The translations under genes and the position numbers were made by a program. 64,000 nt of DNA from Candidatus Latescibacterota bacterium (GTDB lineage: Bacteria; Latescibacterota; UBA2968; UBA8231): positions 2,624,001-2,688,000 of the forward strand of contig OZ242214.1 in NCBI GenBank assembly GCA_965206595.1, in the 5' to 3' direction. Below, piece after piece: positions 61,711 through 64,000 of this stretch. Under the pieces are notes generated by a model. It was not told where the DNA came from. It worked only from the letters and a program-made list of their open reading frames with translations, and did not search any database. Each line of letters begins with the position of its first letter. Position 1 is the first letter of the stretch.

Positions 61711-62888
61711 GGGTTGGCGCCAAGCTCCCCCATCCGCCAAAGGTCGCCAAGCCTGTATTCGTCCAGCCAATCGGCGAGCTTTTCGGGATCGAGGCGGCGC
61801 AGCACAGTGCCGGACCCTGGCCGCTCGCAGGCGACGATGGAGGCCGGCTGATGGGTCAGCGCCGACACAAAGGCATCGGAATGCGTCGTGACCACCAGCT
61901 GCATACGCCCGGAGGCTTCGACGACAAGGTCGGCGAGCAGCGCCACGGCATCGGGATGCAGTCCGAGCTCCGGTTCTTCCATGCAGACGAGCGAGGGCGG
62001 CGATGGGTTCAACAGGGTCGCCAGCATAGCAATAAATCGGATGGTGCCGTCAGACAGCCGGGTTGCGGGAATCGGGGTACTGAAGCCGGATTCGTGCAGG
62101 AAAAACTGCAAGGTCCCCCCGGAAATCGAGGTGGACATTCGTTCGAACCGGGGGAAAAAACGTTTCAGATGCTTGTTGAATACCGGACCAGCCTGGTGTT
62201 CAATCTGGTTGAGCACCAAGGCCAGATTGCTGCAGTCGGGAAGCAGCCATTTCTCCGGAAGATCCGCTCGTTGCGGCTGCCGCAACGCACCGTAACGGCC
62301 GAACGTCCACTCGCGGAACGTTTGGATTTCCTGAAACTGGAACCCTAGCCCGAATAGCTCTGGATAGATATCCGGATCCTTTCGCTGCGCGAGAACGGAT
62401 TGATTCAGCGAGTGCTCTTTCGACGGAACAGTTATCTCCTCGGTTGATCCACCCGGCGGTATCCTCCTGCGAATGTTGATTTCTGGGTGACCCTGCTGGA
62501 AGATGAAATAACAAGTTGGCTCTACTCCCTTGGGAGACCCTTCCTCGATTTCCTCCTGGATGATGTTGACAAAAGGTCCAATAGTGTTAAACGAGATGCG
62601 ATACCTCAACGGCTCGTCCGTCATCATATTCGGACCTGTTTCTACTTCTACAGTCGCAGGTGACGAACGTTCATCCCCTTTCCACAGCCACTCCTTCGCA
62701 CCGCCGCCGTCCCGGATCGCAGCGGCGAAGTCCGTCGGCGTGGCGCGCAGGAGCTCCAGCACCTCGATGAAGTTCGATTTCCCCGACGCATTCGGACCAA
62801 TAAGAACGTTCAATGGCTGCAGCTCGAAGAACTCCATATCGGGGGAAAACGACAGCAGCCCACCCATGCGAAGCCGTTGGATGAACAT
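61707..62888 (-). CDS. ABC-type (AAA_21) ATPase
   Basis: GPNASGKSN, LSDGT, EEPELGLHP, TTHS. Confidence 0.88.
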   Translation of the reverse strand: MFIQRLRMGGLLSFSPDMEFFELQPLNVLIGPNASGKSNFIEVLELLRATPTDFAAAIRDGGGAKEWLWKGDERSSPATVEVETGPNMMTDEPLRYRISFNTIGPFVNIIQEEIEEGSPKGVEPTCYFIFQQGHPEINIRRRIPPGGSTEEITVPSKEHSLNQSVLAQRKDPDIYPELFGLGFQFQEIQTFREWTFGRYGALRQPQRADLPEKWLLPDCSNLALVLNQIEHQAGPVFNKHLKRFFPRFERMSTSISGGTLQFFLHESGFSTPIPATRLSDGTIRFIAMLATLLNPSPPSLVCMEEPELGLHPDAVALLADLVVEASGRMQLVVTTHSDAFVSALTHQPASIVACERPGSGTVLRRLDPEKLADWLDEYRLGDLWRMGELGANP

Positions 62889-62909
62889 CGGATTTACCCT
62901 CCTCCTGAT

Positions 62910-64000
62910 TCAGGCATCGAGCACGCCGATGGTCGGACCGAAGCTGTCCTGGTACGCCTGCGCGTCGAGGCGGCAATCGATCAGCGTCCCGACCTCCGCG
63001 GCGAACGCCTCCCTCAGCGCTTCCCGAAGCCCCTCCGGGGTATCGACGGTCGCCCCGGCGAGTCCGCAGCACCTCGCCACCTCGGCGTAATCGACCCTCT
63101 GCAGCTGCAGCTTGTACTCCGGCATTCCGCGCGCCTTCTGCCGCCACTTCATGGTACCGAGGGCATCGTCGTTCAGGATAACCAGGGGCACCGCCACGCC
63201 GGCGCGCGCCAGGGTCTCCAGCTCGCCGAGCCGCATCAGCAGGCTGCCGTCGGCGCCCAGTCCCATCATCGGGGTCTCCGGGGCTGCCAGTTTCGCCCCG
63301 AGAATCGCCGGTATCGTCAGCCCCATGGTGCGCCCGCCGCTGGTGCCCCGGTAACTTGCCGGATCGTCGACCTTCCACAGGCGCTCGAGAATGGTGATGT
63401 AGATCCCGGTTTCCGAGAACAGCACCCCCCCGGGCGGCATCAGCTCCCTGGCGATCTCGATGATGTCTTGCGCCGCCAGCCGGGCGTGCGGGGGCCGCGC
63501 GAAGTGCGGCTCCACCGCGGCGTCGATCGCGGCCAGCTCGGCCTGGGAAAAGCCCTCCCCCGTTGTCGTCAGCTGCGCGATGGAGGCCTTGAGGTCGCCG
63601 TCCACTCTCACCTCCGGTTCGGGTGTGAAGGAGAGGTACCCGGGCCGGGCGACGAGCTCGCAGACCGGCAGTGGAGAGCTCCACGGAACGTGCGCCATCA
63701 TCGCGTCCGCCCCGGCGAAGAGCACGGCGTCGGCGCACTCGAGCACCTCCATTTCGACGGTGTTGGCCACCCAGCTCCCGGTCATCACTCCTGCCCAGCG
63801 GGGGTGGGACTCGGGAAAGGCGCCGCGGCCGTCCATCGTCGACAGCACCACCCCGCCGATGCGCTCGACCAGCTCGACCAGCTCCGGGGTGGCCCCGGCC
63901 CGGGTGACGTCCGCGCCGGCGACGACCGCTGGCTTGGCGGAGCGCTCGAGAAAGGCGCGGGCGGCTTCGAGGGAAGCGGCCTCAGCCTGCCCGTCGGTAC
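62910..64000 (-). CDS. Thiamine pyrophosphate-binding enzyme (acetolactate synthase-like), 5' end outside the window
   Basis: TMG..IPA.LGAK, GADGSLLM..GE, VILND. Confidence 0.85.
   Translation of the reverse strand, partial: TDGQAEAASLEAARAFLERSAKPAVVAGADVTRAGATPELVELVERIGGVVLSTMDGRGAFPESHPRWAGVMTGSWVANTVEMEVLECADAVLFAGADAMMAHVPWSSPLPVCELVARPGYLSFTPEPEVRVDGDLKASIAQLTTTGEGFSQAELAAIDAAVEPHFARPPHARLAAQDIIEIARELMPPGGVLFSETGIYITILERLWKVDDPASYRGTSGGRTMGLTIPAILGAKLAAPETPMMGLGADGSLLMRLGELETLARAGVAVPLVILNDDALGTMKWRQKARGMPEYKLQLQRVDYAEVARCCGLAGATVDTPEGLREALREAFAAEVGTLIDCRLDAQAYQDSFGPTIGVLDA

Noticed and set aside
1-64000. CRISPR array or rRNA
   Set aside because: No regularly spaced repeats, cas genes or rRNA-like sequence seen.

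Overview
High-GC bacterial window (inferred to be a Latescibacterota/Gemmatimonadota-like, probably sponge-associated organism, from PorV/T9SS-like genes, a dockerin-like motif, YWTD-type repeats and a sup-like PKS remnant). It alternates host genes (TonB receptor, sugar catabolism, partner-switching signalling, purine/nucleoside transport, polysaccharide lyase) with a heavily decayed accessory region (~10.7-38 kb and ~45.6-50.5 kb) full of IS elements, group II intron remnants and defence-like genes. Most notable is a 3.96-kb IS1-family cargo transposon (10739-14700, 21-bp TIRs) that truncates amtB. It carries a tRNA with a serine-type body but an Ile-AUA (UAU) anticodon, a promoter-anchored ~138-nt four-way-junction RNA, and a SLATT-like membrane gene. 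Also notable: a thymidylate synthase-like / UDG-like / aGPT-Pplase3 operon facing a dGTPase-HigB-HigA/ImmA module, with the TS gene split by a recent IS1380 copy; an NCS2 permease fused to an anti-sigma-factor-like domain; and several in-frame deletion chimeras. All family assignments are by eye from motifs; no searches were run.
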